Shown here piece by piece: positions 12,314 through 25,668 of a stretch of DNA of 64,000 nt. The stretch lies in the NCBI RefSeq assembly GCF_018350175.1, contig NC_058368.1, positions 56,546,001-56,610,000 of the forward strand, in the 5' to 3' direction. The notes beneath the pieces are model-generated. The model ran no database searches. It was not told the origin of the DNA and worked only from the letters and a program-made list of their open reading frames with translations. Position 1 is the stretch's first letter. Each line of letters opens with the position of its first letter. The translations under genes and the position numbers were made by a program. The DNA is from Felis catus (lineage: Eukaryota).

Positions 12314-13091
12314 ACTCTGATGTTAGCAGTACATGTTTGTTCTTAGTTATTTTTGATGGTAAAGATAATAAACTATGAACTTTCACAGAAATCTTCAATT
12401 TTTAGCCCATCTGCTGCAATAGAAAAGTCAGCCTATCTGAGACAATCTGCTTTTGGGGGTATGTACTATATGATACTCCCATGACTCCTAGATTTCCTTT
12501 GGGTATATAGTTTGTATCAAACAACTTTCCATCAGCTCAGGCAGAGAAGGGTGAATATATGTAGTTCACTTTCTCAGAGAGACAAATTCATTTGTCTTAG
12601 ACTAAAAGATATATTCCTGCTAAGAGTGTGAAGATGTAATGTTAATACTCTGAGTCAATCTGGAGGTGTGAATAGTGTGAGTGCTCAGGTAAGGTTTGTA
12701 CCTGTTTCTAATATCTGTAACAAATGCACATGGAACATCACATTTCTTGCCAGCTGGGACTCCATCAGCAGCAATGATAAAAATAGAAAAATAAAGGAAA
12801 GTAGAAGAAATATTTATATTTAATAAACAAAAATTAAAATTCCATAAATATACATCTTAGTAACATGATTATTGGCTATATATTTTGTTTCTATAATGGC
12901 TTTTTGTGACTCTGCTATCCCAATTTTACAATCAGCTCACTTTAGCAAATACTGATTGGAGAAATCCTAAATATTCCAAAGTATATAGTGAATTATATAT
13001 GCCCTGAATGTAGAGATGAAAAAGACAAGTGTATAACCTAATAAAATTATAGCTGGGAAACAAAAGGAAAGAATGAGAAAACTAACATTTT

Positions 13092-13111
13092 ACAATTTTT
13101 TTAATGTTTAT

Positions 13112-13159
<48 letters not shown>

Positions 13160-13320
13160 AGTGGGGAGGGGCAGAGAGGGCAAGAGAGAAATCCAAGTAG
13201 GCTCCCTCTGCGCTGTCCTCACAGAGCCTGAGGTGAAGCTCAACCCCACAAACTGTGAGATAATGACCTGAGCCAAAATCAAGACTCAGATGCTTAACTA
13301 ACCAAGCCACCCAGGTGCCC
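13092..13320 (-). mobile_element. Can-SINE
   Basis: Head at 13320; imperfect TSD tgaga(aa)actaacatttt. Confidence 0.93.
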
Positions 13321-13537
13321 TGAGAACTAACATTTTGTTATGTCCTGGATGCTATGGACTCTGCAGAAATATTCACCCATGTTAACAAATGTACTGCTTA
13401 TAGTAACCTTATAAATGAGGTTTCAGAAAGGTTCAATGATTTGTCTACAGTCATGGAAATAGTGGATTATCTTGTGGTTTAATAAAGGAACAGACATTCA
13501 GTTTATGGTTAGTTGATGTACAAAACTTAGCCCTTTT

Positions 13538-13758
13538 GGGGCGCCTGGGTGGCGCAGTCGGTTAAGCGTCCGACTTCAGCCAGGTCACGATCTCGCGGTC
13601 CGTGAGTTCGAGCCCGGCGTCAGGCTCTGTGCTGATGGCTCGGAGCCTGGACCCTGTTTCCGATTCTGTGTCTCCCTCTCTCTCTGCCCCTCCCCCGTTC
13701 ATGCTCTGTCTCTCTCTGTCCCAAAAATAAATAAACGTTGAAAACAAAAACAAAAACA
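13538..13758 (+). mobile_element. Young felid SINE with (CAAAAA)n tail
   Basis: TSD aaaacttag(c/t)cctttt at 13522-13537 and 13759-13774. Confidence 0.95.
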
Positions 13759-14809
13759 AAAACTTAGTCCTTTTATTCTCATAAGTAGTTTTTACTCTTT
13801 GTAGCAACGAAATGTACTATGGAGTATCACGTGATTTTAATTATATTTTAACATTTATGTAATATTAAAATGCTATATATGTAATAGCATGCTATAATGG
13901 TGTGTTAATAATATAAGCAGGTATATATTTGGAAATTAATTTATATATGCAAAAAATGATCTATTCAGTTACACAGACAATATTTATTATTCATCTGTAT
14001 TTGTGGCTACTTGGCAGTAACTCCATTGCCTTGAAATCCTATAAATATGTTAGAAACCACTGCTTCACACTCTGAGACAAAATTACTAATTCAAGATAGA
14101 GCAATTTCATTGTGTTTATAACATCCTCCTCAGAAAAGTAGTTAAAATAGTAATAATTTATCTTGGTTGGAACAAAGATATTGGTGCTAAGATAAACTTG
14201 CTAAATTGTCAGTTAAAAAGTTTAATTGCAGTATTCCTGAGGAGCTGTATTTTGCTAAAATTCATATGGATCTATCTTCAAGAAAACCATATAAAATAAT
14301 GTACTCTCTGAAATTATACTACCTAACATTTTTCTCCCACAGTGCATCAAAAAAGACCAAGATTCAATGGAATATATTTTGGAAAACATTTTTTACATAT
14401 TAATCTGACATCACTGGACAATTGACTGATCAGACACCAGGCAAATATTTGGAAGATCACTGCCATAATCCAGGGAGAGTTTATAAGGTTATTGCTAGAA
14501 ATAAACAAGAAGCCTAACATGGTGAAAGACTATAAAATATAAGTTAGTAGGACAACTGACACTATTTAGAGACAGACAGAAACATTTATACACATAAAAA
14601 TAAAAATAGCTATTATTTGTTCATAATTTACATGCTTTCTGCTACTGTTATCTGATATATGATGGTAAAATGTTTGGGCTTAATTTCAGTGTTGATAATG
14701 GCTAATGGTATTATCCAACTTTTCAATGCTTATTGATTATTTAGGTATGACTTATGTGAAATATTCTTGTATTCTGTCAAATTTTCTATTGGTTATTTGT
14801 TTTTATTTC

Positions 14810-15021
14810 TTTATTTTTTATTTTTGTTGTTTTACTTGAGAGAGAGTGCATGTGCACAAGTGTGCAAGAAAGGGGCAGAAAGAGAGGAAGAGAGTGAATC
14901 CTAAGCAGGCTCCATGGTGTCAGCACAAAACTCATGGCCGGGCTTGATCTCACAAATGCGAGATCATGTCCTGAGCTGAAATCAAGAGTTGCATGCTTAA
15001 CTAACAGCCGGCATCTGGGTT
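14810..15021 (-). mobile_element. Older Can-SINE
   Basis: gagatcatgtcctgagctgaaatcaagagt, GA tract and T-rich tail. Confidence 0.88.
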
Positions 15022-15372
15022 GTTTGTTTAAAATGATAGATTTCAAAACATGTTATATTAACAAGTTAACCTGCAAAACAAATTTTATTATAGCAAATTT
15101 GTAGATACCTATGGAATTTTTGACAAACTCCATATTGCAAAATTACGTTTGATGTTTGAAAAAATACATTACATAATGCCAGTGAATGGGATTTGTCCTT
15201 TTTGGGATGGAACTTGGATTGAAAGTATAATGAACATTAAGAAAAGACATAGCAATATATTTAATATTACCAAGACCCTTCTACTGTCTGAAATGAATTG
15301 GATCTGATGATTTATAAAATATTCTTTATTATTGAAAATAAAATAAACTCTGGTTTTTATTGTTTTTATTTT

Positions 15373-15591
15373 TTTAAATTCTTTAAGTTTATTTATTTTG
15401 GAAGAGACAGAGACAGTGTGAGTGGGGAGGGGGGGCAGAGAGAGAGGGAGAGAGAGAGAGAAAATCCCAAGCAGGTTCTGCATTGTCATCACAGAGCCCA
15501 ATGAGAGGCTTGAACTCATGAAATTGTGAGATCATGTCCTGAGCCAAAACCAAGAGTTGGACTTTTAACCAAGTGATCCACCCAAACGCCC
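15373..15591 (-). mobile_element. Can-SINE in the A-tail of the adjacent SINE
   Basis: Full SINE body directly abutting the next SINE. Confidence 0.9.
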
Positions 15592-15800
15592 ATTTCTTGT
15601 TTTTATTTTTATTTTGAGTTTATTTATTTTGAGAGAGAGAGAACACAAGCAGGGGAGGGGCAGAGAGAGAGAATCCCAAGCAGGCCTCACACTGTCAGCA
15701 CAGAGCCTGATGGGGGCCTTGAAATTACTAACTGTGAGATCATGATCTGAGCTGAAGTCAAAAGTTGGATGCTGAACCAACTGAGACACCCTGGTGCCCC
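15592..15800 (-). mobile_element. Can-SINE
   Basis: Head ends at 15800; aactctggtt at 15346-15355 and 15801-15810 encloses both SINEs. Confidence 0.9.
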
Positions 15801-15934
15801 AACTCTGGTTGAGTTTTAAAAAATAAGTCAATATTCAGTTTACTCTTACTTGTAGCATTTATCTTGACTCTCAAAAATATGATGTGTATTATTTTTAAAT
15901 CAGGTGTGATTTAGTCATCATTTTACTTTAAAAT

Positions 15935-16227
15935 TTTTAAAAGACTTTACTGTTTAGAGTAGTTTTTGGTTTACAGAAAGTGGAAATGACAAGATTCCCC
16001 ATATACTGCTCAGAAAGATGAATAGCCTCCTGTATGAAAATCTCCAACCAGAGTGGTGCATTTGTTTCAACTGATGAACCTATACTCCTCATTAACACCT
16101 ACAGTCCATAGTTTACATAGGGTTCATACATAGGTACTACATCCTATGGGTTTGGACAAACGTACAATGACATGTATCTGTTATTATAGTGTCATACAGA
16201 AAATTTTCACTGCCCTGAAAATCCTCT
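15935..16227 (-). mobile_element. L1MC-type 3' end fragment
   Basis: accagagtggtgcatttgtttcaactgatgaacctata...tcactgccctgaaaatcctct. Confidence 0.8.
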
Positions 16228-17039
16228 TCATCCTTTTGTTAACCAAGGTAATAGTTTCTCCATTTAGAATATTTAAAGATAATCATGAGTAAACTATGTA
16301 ATCTGATCTGATATACAGTTTAAATATAATACTTATATCTTTAATCACCTTAAATATAACAGGTTCTAGGTGTAATCACCTGCTGCATAACTTATAAATA
16401 AGTCATTTAAAAGTTTGTCTGTGTGTGTTATACATAAAAATGTTATGAGGTATGTACATATATAGTATTTGATACTAAGTTTTAACAGTACCTTCTAAAA
16501 GAAAAATATCACCAAAAATTCTTCGCCTTTAAAATATAACAATCTGTAGCTATATTTTCATTGGGCAGAAGGTATTTACTTATAATAATTTCAAAACATA
16601 ATCTAGTTTTGATAAAATCAAATAAATTATATAAAAGACACTTGTCAAATATAAACTTGTTTTCAAAATATATTATTTTTTTCCTGCTTTATTTGTATGC
16701 TTGGATTAAAATTATAGAAAGCAATGGCATGTTTTTTCAAGTGAAAAGAACACACACATACACACACATGCATGCACACACACACTTTAACTGTATCATA
16801 TGTTGACTTTCTCCTGCTAACATTGACATTTTATAAAGGTTGCGGTAGTGTTCATCTTAAGCTAACAAATGACTTCTATGACTCTTGTTTGCTTATAAAA
16901 ATATTAAAATTAAACATGAAAGTGAAAAGACTCTCTTGTCTTCTCATATTTTGTCTGGTAAAAATGACGCTGAAAGAATATAACTTAAAGGCATCAATAT
17001 AAATATAAATGTATTTTATAAATTTATCAATATAAAAAA

Positions 17040-17370
17040 AACACAGTGTTTTTAATTTCTGGTATGCAGTAAAGTAATTCAACAATTCCATATATTATTA
17101 CTCATTGTTTTTCAAGATAAATGTACTTTTAACCCTCTTCACCAATTTTACCCATCCCCCTAGCCACCTAACCATCTGTTTATTCTCTATAGTTAAGAGC
17201 CTGTTTTTGGTTTTTCTCTCCCCCACCTCTTTGTTCATTTGTTTCTTAAATTTCACATTTGAGTGAAATCATATGGTATTTGTCTTTCTCTGACTGGCTT
17301 TTTTCACTTAGCATTATATTCTAGCTCCATGCATGTTGATGCAAATGGCAAGATTTCATTCTTTTTAATG
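17040..17370 (-). mobile_element. Carnivore L1 3' end fragment
   Basis: gagtgaaatcatatggtatttgtctttctctgactggctt...gcaaatggcaagatttcattcttttt. Confidence 0.88.
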
Positions 17371-17506
17371 AAACAGTTTTGATGCTACTGTAATTTGAAT
17401 TTGTGTAAGTTTTCCTCAGGTTAAATTAAGAACATATATACAAATATAAGAAGTACAAAAGATAATTTCCACCATCTTTAGTCAAGTTTGAAATATGAAT
17501 TCTATT

Positions 17507-18209
17507 TCCCTGATAAGGAGCGACGCTGAACATCTTTTCATGTGCCTGTTGGCCATCCGGATGTCTTCTTTAGAGAAGTGTCTATTCATGTTTTCTGCCC
17601 ATTTCTTCACTGAGTTATTTGTTTTTCGGGTGTGGAGTTCGGTGAGCTCTTTATAGATTTTGGATACTAGCCCTTTGTCCGATATGTCATTTGCGAATAT
17701 CTTTTCCCATTCCGTTGGTTGCCTTTTAGTTTTGTTGGTTGTTTCCTTTGCTGTGCAGAAGCTTTTTATCTTCATAAGGTCCCGATGAATGGATAAAGAA
17801 ATTGTGGTTTATATACACAATGGAATATTACGTGGCAATGAGAAAAAATGAAATATGGCCGTTTGTAGCAACGTGGATGGAACTGGAGAGTGTGATGCTA
17901 AGTGAAATAAGCCATACAGAGAAAGACAGATATCATATGGTTTCACTCTTATGTGGACCCTGAGAAACTTAACAGGAACCCATGGGGGAGGGGAAGGAAA
18001 AAAAAAACAGGTTAGAGTGGGAGAGAGCCAAAGCATAAGAGACTGTTAAAAACTGAGAACAAACTGAGGGTTGATGGGGGGTGGGAGGGAGGAGAGGGTG
18101 GGTGATGGGTATTGAGGAGGGCACCTTTTGGGATGAGCACTGGGTGTTGTATGGAAACCAATTTGTCAATAAATTTCATATAAAAATATATTAAAAAAAG
18201 AAAAAAAAA
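17507..18209 (+). mobile_element. Young felid L1, 5'-truncated with 5' inversion (17507-17783 inverted, 17784-18209 sense with poly(A))
   Basis: Perfect 17-bp TSD gaaatatgaattctatt at 17490-17506 and 18210-18226. Minus-strand KSFCTAKE...EWEKIFAN...LLIRE; plus-strand DEWIKK, 3'UTR G-tract, aataaa and A-tail. Confidence 0.96.
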
Positions 18210-18543
18210 GAAATATGAATTCTATTAGTAAATGACTAAATTTAGTAATGTAAAATGTAAGATACCATTTTTTGTAGTTGCAATGACACAATGTAAGGTA
18301 TCACTTTTTGTAGTTGTAATGATAAAGACACATATTAGCTCCAGAAGCCATGAAACATGTATCTGAGTAAGAAAACAGAAATAATTGGAACTAACATTTA
18401 TATCATGTTTTATAATGAAGGGAGACAGATATTTTTGAAACTACTTTAGTAGTAATGATTTTCAGTTTCCCATATGTAGTCAAAGCCTCTAAAAACACCA
18501 TTTCATTTTTTTTATCTTTAAACCTTATAAATAGTGCAGCATA

Positions 18544-18726
18544 GGGGCATCTGGGTGGCCCACTCAATTGAATCCAAGTCTTGATTTTGGCTCAGGTCAT
18601 GATCTCATGGTTCTTGAAATCGAATCCTGAATTGGGCTCTGCGCTGACAGTGTGGAGCCTGCTTGGGATTCTCCCTCCCTCTCTCTCTGTCCCTTCCCCC
18701 TCTCAAAATAAATAAATAAACTTAAA
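18544..18726 (+). mobile_element. Can-SINE
   Basis: TSD aaatagtgca(gc/at)ata. Confidence 0.92.
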
Positions 18727-19504
18727 AAATAGTGCAATATAGTAGAATTGCAAAATTTATTTCATATTAAAATGCTGATGTACCTACAAAGCCCTTATGT
18801 GTGGATAGGAGAGAAAAAAATAGCTCTGTTCTGTAAAGTTCAAATATTGGATGATATGGTTTTGATAATCCTTAAAATGTGTTTAGTATGTATTAGATAA
18901 AACTGTGTGGTCACTTTTCATCTTTTCTCTCCTACTACTTCTGTAATTTCTTTGGCAAAGCCCTTGGAGCATATCAGCTGTCTGTGGTGGCTACCTGACT
19001 GATGGTTCAAATTGTAATACTTTGCCTGACAGTAGTAATAACAATCACATCTAGACAAATATCATTGGCTATATGTTAAAATGTCAAATTTTAAGTAACA
19101 TTCTGAACATTTCTTTTGTTTAAGGTGGCATTTAATATACAGAATAAGGATTTGTGGAAAATAATTTATGTGTTTTTACAATATGCCACACTTGTCAAAT
19201 CTCTGTTATCACTACCTGATATATACTTTGCCATGTGATTAATTGGAAAAATATACATCGAGGTGTTAGAGGAATATCAATGCTGTTAAACTTCTCACAT
19301 ATGCAACGGATGCTTTCACTCCTTCACAAACAAAACACTTTAACTCATTGTCTTCATCAAGAATAATCCTTCCACACCCAACACTACTACTTCTTTGTGT
19401 TCTCTGAGGTCTGAAGTCCTAGTAGTACTTGGAAAAATCATTGATATCCCAGAAGACCTTCCACACACTCTCTGTCTTGGAAAATGTGTTCTGTATACTG
19501 CAGT

Positions 19505-19625
19505 AATGAAGTCCCAGATTCAAATTTTGACTCCATCATTTGCTAGTAGTGAGCCATTGGACAAGTTACTTAACATCTCCTAGCCTCAGTTTTCTGTTCT
19601 TCAAAACATGTCAATATTACTTGTC
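19505..19625 (+). mobile_element. MIR
   Basis: ttggacaagttacttaacatctcctagcctcagttttct is the MIR core. Confidence 0.8.
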
Positions 19626-20562
19626 TTGTCATCTTAATATTCAAAACTTAGCACTTATAATCTGGCTTGTGATATAAAGTGTGTTTATGTAGCTAGTCTG
19701 TCAGTAATTTCCACATTTATCTTGATGTGTAACTTGGTGACATTCATGGTTCATATTAGGAATAGTTTCCTCATATCCAACAATTTAGATTGCTATTTTT
19801 ACCTAATAGATATATTTTTTTCTAGGTCCGTATAATTGGATATACTATTTTTCTATAATATATACTTATATGTATTATTGTAGTATATTCCCACTAAAGC
19901 TTATCGTTTTCATATGCTAAGCATGTGGTCAAATTTTGGAAGCAATGCATCCTCATTATGATGGCAAAAATAACTGTTTTCTTGATGGCCATAGAATGGA
20001 AAAGAAAAAGTAAGAGAATAAAGCCATATGCGTTTAAAAATATTTCAAGTGTTAAAATATAACTAAAATCACCCAATAAAATGGACCACAGGTTATGAAT
20101 ATTTTTAGTCTGTTTTCTACAAATATATTATAGGAATTAAGACATTACCAATATTTGAAGATCACCAATTCAACAATAATTACTGTCATGAGAAGCATAA
20201 TGTCTTTAGAAACATTTTAATGTGTTTGATTAATTAATCTTCATTTACACTAGAGAGTGATTACAATTATAATATTAAACATGTTAGAAAATTGTCTGAA
20301 AATGTGTGTATGTGAATTTTATTGTAAAAGTGAAATACCCAAATGAGATTATTCTATAAAGATAACAAACCTCCAAAGAAATCAGGATGTTTCATATAAC
20401 CAGTCTGTATCTTTAGGTATTTAATATTTAGACTAAAATTATGCTAATATATAGGAAAATAGGATGAGCATATTTATACCATATCTACATTTATATGTCT
20501 GTATCTATATCTACATACACAATCACATATATATCATACCTTGCTATCTATGTCTGCACGCA

Positions 20563-20592
20563 GACACACACACACACACACACACACACACA
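20563..20592. repeat. (CA)n microsatellite
   Basis: Seen directly. Confidence 0.95.
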
Positions 20593-22216
20593 TCTTGCTT
20601 TGAAATTGCCTTTCTTTTCAATTGACTGAATTAAAGTTATTAAGATGACACAAGCAATCCAACATATATCCCAAATTTACATATGTTGCTAGAAACATGA
20701 GAAATTTGATTCAGAAACTGGACTGTATACAACATTATCACAGGCTTAGCTTTCTTCCTTATCACAAGAGGTCTCTTCCTTTGAGCTTAGTCATTTACCT
20801 TCTCATACCATTTAATGTAAGTATAGAGACGTTATTTTTGTGTTGTTGTACATAAGTAATGTCTGGACTTTTGTCTACTTCCACAAAAATATTACATTTT
20901 CTAGTAATATCACAAAATATTCACATTCAAAAATGAAGAATGAAATCATTGTATAATTTTCTATCAGTTTATGTAGAGTTATCTTTTGTTATACATTTTC
21001 TTCTCTGAGAAAATCTTCAGAGTGATTATTAATTCTCTTGTAACTAAATGTGTATAATTTGCAACACTTCTACATTTTATTTTGTTTAATAAATTTCTTA
21101 TAGAAACATGTATTGGTGATATAATATTCTACACATAATAAAATTCAGCCATCACTTGTGATCAGTGACAGTATCCTTTAAAATATGTATGAGATATGTG
21201 CTTTAGCCATTCCATCAAATTAAATGCAAATTAACATTTTATGGATGAATAAATACTCAAGTATAATATCTCTTGATAGGTGATTGATGCAAGTAACAAC
21301 TACCTGGAATACAAATATGTCATAGTTTTAAACTCTGAATATGATGTAATTACCAAATAAAAGTAATTTTTCTCTGTGTGCTTTTGAAATATCCTATAAA
21401 AGCACATAAATTCAGGACCTTGAGATCATCTCATTTCAATTTTTTTTTAAATTAAGCTTTATGAGTTTTGAAGTGAAGATGCATCTCCTGTGTCTGGATA
21501 AATAAACTCCTGTACCTAAAAGTCAAATAGTAACTTATTTTCAGTAAGAGTAAGAACTATGAAAGATGAGCTAGATGCTTTTGTGATTTTGCAGACAAAA
21601 ATTTTTAAAAATGCTGTCTTGACATTTTGGCTGCATTCAAATATTTGAGGAGTTTTGTATGAAAAAGAAGGTTGAATCTGCTTGTTCTCAGAGAGTGTAG
21701 AAGGAAGAATAGGGACTAGAATATGGAGATAAAAGGAGAAATATTTGTCTTGCAAATGATGATGAATTTCCAATAATTAGTGGTAGGCAGAGACCTGTGC
21801 CCATTATTCCCAAGAGTAAATTAATTATCCCTGCTGTGTGTCGGAGTTTGCACCAAAGAGCTTTGCAGAAAATTCCTGCTCATATGATTATGATAATAGC
21901 ATCAGAAACAATAAGGTGAAGGATGTATTGAGGGTAAGAAAGGAGGCTAGCACAAATAGGGAACTCTAAGTGTGTAGTGCCTTTTGAACACGCTGATGGT
22001 TTTTTTTTTTTTTTTTTTTTTCTGGCACTCTGATGGTATAGCTTAAGAAAACTGACTTTAATGGCAGCAATAAATTTGCCAAATTTCATATTCAGTCCAG
22101 ACAGATAGATTTCCTCATATTTGCTTTCAGTGCTAATGGATACATCTGTGAATATGCTAAAGTGTGGAAAAGTACAAAATGGTGCTTTGGGGACAAAAAA
22201 ACACTAATTGAAGCAT

Positions 22217-22249
22217 ATCATCGTCATCATCATCATCATCATCTTCATC
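22217..22249. repeat. (CAT)n microsatellite
   Basis: Seen directly. Confidence 0.9.
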
Positions 22250-23949
22250 AATCAGGCTTGAAATACGTTTCTTCTTTATACCTGATTACACAGGGAAGAA
22301 TAAAATGAAATGAGAACCAATTATGTATTTTTTTAATGGATGTCACTGATAATTCCATCTCAGATTTAATTTGAAGAGTGTCTTACAAGTCATAGTCAAG
22401 ATTCTCTGAAGTCAGAAAGGGAACTTTTATTTGGAGACACTAAATGGGGAATTAGATCCTCTTCTAGCTGATGTGATCATGTCGAATTAAATACTTCATT
22501 TTATGAGAGAAGCAAATGGAGTGGTGACGGCAGAAGAGGCACTTAGCCAGCCAGATCAGCCGAAGCTGTATATTAGATGTCACAGCCAACTTGTCTTCAG
22601 ATCACGTATGTCAAAGAGTATCTCCATAATTTTAGCTGTTGGGTTCACCACTACCCCTGACAAATTAAATCAAATAGTATCACTCGGTGCATTCATTTAG
22701 AACCAATATAACAGTTGGCAGGGATAAGAGGAATAGGTTCCACAGGGTCCCATTACAGAAGTATCATTAAATGAAAATAATTAAGTACTTTCAGTATCAT
22801 GCTATGTACTGTCTTACTTGACTCTTTGCTGATATATTAGTAACTGGGTGCTGTGGTAATTGAGATTGTATTTCAAATGAAATGGTTTATTCGGAACCGT
22901 GAAGTAATTCAATTAAAAAGTTTATTTCAAATATATGTTTTCTTTGCATGGTGCTCATTTGTCATCTTGCACTGTGATTTTGTAAAGGAGAGGTAATAAA
23001 TATCTTGAACCTCAAGGATCATTATGGGTTGGTTTATTCCTTCCCACTTAAAGGTCCAGAGTGCATATTTTTTACTGTGAGTTGTAATAATGCCAGTATA
23101 ATTAAAATTACCTACAATACTGATATTCAAGGCAAACCAATGTTTTCTAAAATATTGTAGGAAAATAAATGAGAGGCTATTACTAGAAAACAGGTGAGTA
23201 TATGAATTAATATTCTCACATGCACACTATGTATTTTTTTACACTTAACATTTCCTTGTTTTAATGGGAGTTTGCTCAAATGGAAGTCCTCAATAAATTA
23301 TGATATTGACATCAATGATTATTATCATTATTGTTATTTCTTTGCAGTTTTAGGTAATACATGGAATATAATACTTATCTACTGAACAGACAGGTGGGGA
23401 AATTAAAGAGGGAAAATTTAATTAGGTTTATTAAAAAGAAACAGCTGACTAATCATAATATATAGGGCAGAACATAATTCTTCCAATTCTGTTCTCTGTG
23501 AATTTTGTTACTGTGTTATACCATTCAAATTCTAAGTTCATTGTACAGATTAATTATGAACTGTCTCACAAAACATTGTAGGCTCCATTCTGTCTAGTTG
23601 TTTTTAACATATTGTATGATCTTTGATTTCCCCTATCATGGACTAGAGTATCACAGATGAATACATGCCAGATTCATGTCTGTGACAGACACTATTTATT
23701 TGCTCCATGCTCATGGTATCTTTCTTTACAAAGAGAACACTGGTATTATTCATGATGGCATTCAGCTCCAATTTTAAAAGCCTGACGTTTATCCCAGAGC
23801 TGCTTCCCATTTTTTTCCCTATGCCTGTATGGCAATGAGAAAGAAGGAAGGGAAGGAAGACAGAGCAGTGCTATGTCATTCTGCAGTTGAACATCTACTT
23901 AGACAATGGCTAATGATTGATCTTTATATCTAAATTAGCTGTATTAACA

Positions 23950-24590
23950 CCAACCACCACATCACCTGCAAAAATAGAGGGAGAGATGATCAGAAGAGCA
24001 AGTGATTTTGGGTCAGAGTCTCAGAGGAAGGAGATGAGGTAAGGAGGTAAAAGGACAAACAGAGAGTGTAGGAAACCAGAGAAAGTAACCCCACAAAACT
24101 ATCTAAAAACATATGGTTTCCCCATGAGGGAATCCGCATTTGAGCTGATTTGAGCCACACCAAGCTGATTTGAGTGACTGATGATTAGTCACTGTTGACC
24201 TGAGAATCAGTAATACTGAAGAAAGAACACCATTAAATGGCCAATTAGGTGAAGAGCCACATACAATTCTGCTCTTTGCATTCAAACAACTAAGTTTTGG
24301 AGAGGGAGTGAAAAGAAAATTTATAATCAGATAATAGCACTAAGGTTCCCAACACCAGCACCCAGAGATCCAGATCAGGTCTTCACGAGGGAATGAGAGA
24401 AGGATGTAAGCTTCAAATGAGGATGGAAACTGAACTTTAGGCCAGACTGTGTTTGAAAAACAGAATGGCTGGCAAGATACAGAATCTGTTCAAGGTACCA
24501 TTAAGGTGCCACTAATGGATTAGACAGAGAGAGTCAGCGTGGACATGTATAGAAACAGTGATAAAAGAAAAGTGAATGTCTCCTAGGTAT
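23950..24590 (+). mobile_element. Possible ancient LTR (MamGypLTR/LTR85-like)
   Basis: agaatctgttcaaggtaccattaagg...agaaacagtgataaaagaaaa loosely resembles the remembered 3' part of that group; weak. Confidence 0.3.
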
Positions 24591-24788
24591 AATTTACTAA
24601 GTTGAAACTGCTAAAACAAAACAGAGGCATAACAACCTAATGTGAAGTTAATTAAACATAAGAAAAATGGTCTTGTAATGAACGTTATACTTCCTCACTT
24701 CCTCATAGAGAGATTCAAACGAAACACCATCTATAAATGATTATTTTGACCCAAAGTCTTTGAGGGATAAGAGTGAGGAGAGAGAAAG

Positions 24789-24796
<8 letters not shown>

Positions 24797-24828
<32 letters not shown>
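24797..24828. repeat. (GA)n microsatellite
   Basis: Seen directly. Confidence 0.95.
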
Positions 24829-24831
<3 letters not shown>

Positions 24832-24839
24832 TAGAACAC

Positions 24840-25112
24840 ACAGAAACTGTCATAGATCAGAGGATACAGAGACATGATGACTAAATGCAATGTCATACTG
24901 CATTCTTGAAGCAAAACAAAGCATTAATGGAAAATTGGATGACATCTGAATGAAGTCTGGAATTTAGTAACAATATACTAACATTTGTTTCTTACTTTTG
25001 ATTAATATATCCTGGTATGTAAGATATCAGCAGCATGTGGAAATGAGTGAAAGAATGGCAAAAGTTTCTATATTATCTTTGGAACTTTTTTTATAAACCT
25101 AAAATTATTCAG
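24840..25112 (+). mobile_element. L1MC4/5-like 3' end
   Basis: gagacatgatgactaaatgcaatgt...ctatattatctttggaactttttttataaacctaaaattattc. Confidence 0.7.
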
Positions 25113-25339
25113 AAGGCTTTTATAAATTTTACTTAAGTAAACAAAATGATTACAAAATGAGTAAAGGATATACACAGATGATTCACAGGAAAAAAAAACA
25201 TAAAGAAGAGAGGGTGAAGTTTATGAACAGGCAATATCCTGGTAGAATTCAGGTAAAACAAATTTTAAAACTATATAAATTTTTTATAACAATAAAATAT
25301 GTATTTCAAAATATATCATCCCCTTCTGCTTGTCATTAG

Positions 25340-25668
25340 ACAAACCCCAAGTTGGGAACACTCTAAAGGATCAAGCAAATGAAAAGAAAGTCTGAGTTGA
25401 GGAGCCTCCAGAGTCATGGTAGCTAACTGTAACGTGGTATTCATAGATGATATACCACAACAGTAAACAGTATATTAAGTAAAAACTTAGAGAATATTAA
25501 TAATAATGGACCAGTTAATAATCAAGTATCAATATTGGTTCAGTAGTTCTGAAAGATTACCATAGTAATATTTCATTTTAACAATAAGGAAATCTGGGTG
25601 CAGGGTATATGGGAACTCTATATTATCTTTGAAACTTTTCTGTCAGTCTATATTATTCAAAAATAAGA
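25340..25668 (+). mobile_element. L1MC-like 3' end (second copy)
   Basis: ggaaatctgggtgcagggtatatgggaactctatattatctttgaaacttttctgt...aaaataa. Confidence 0.7.
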
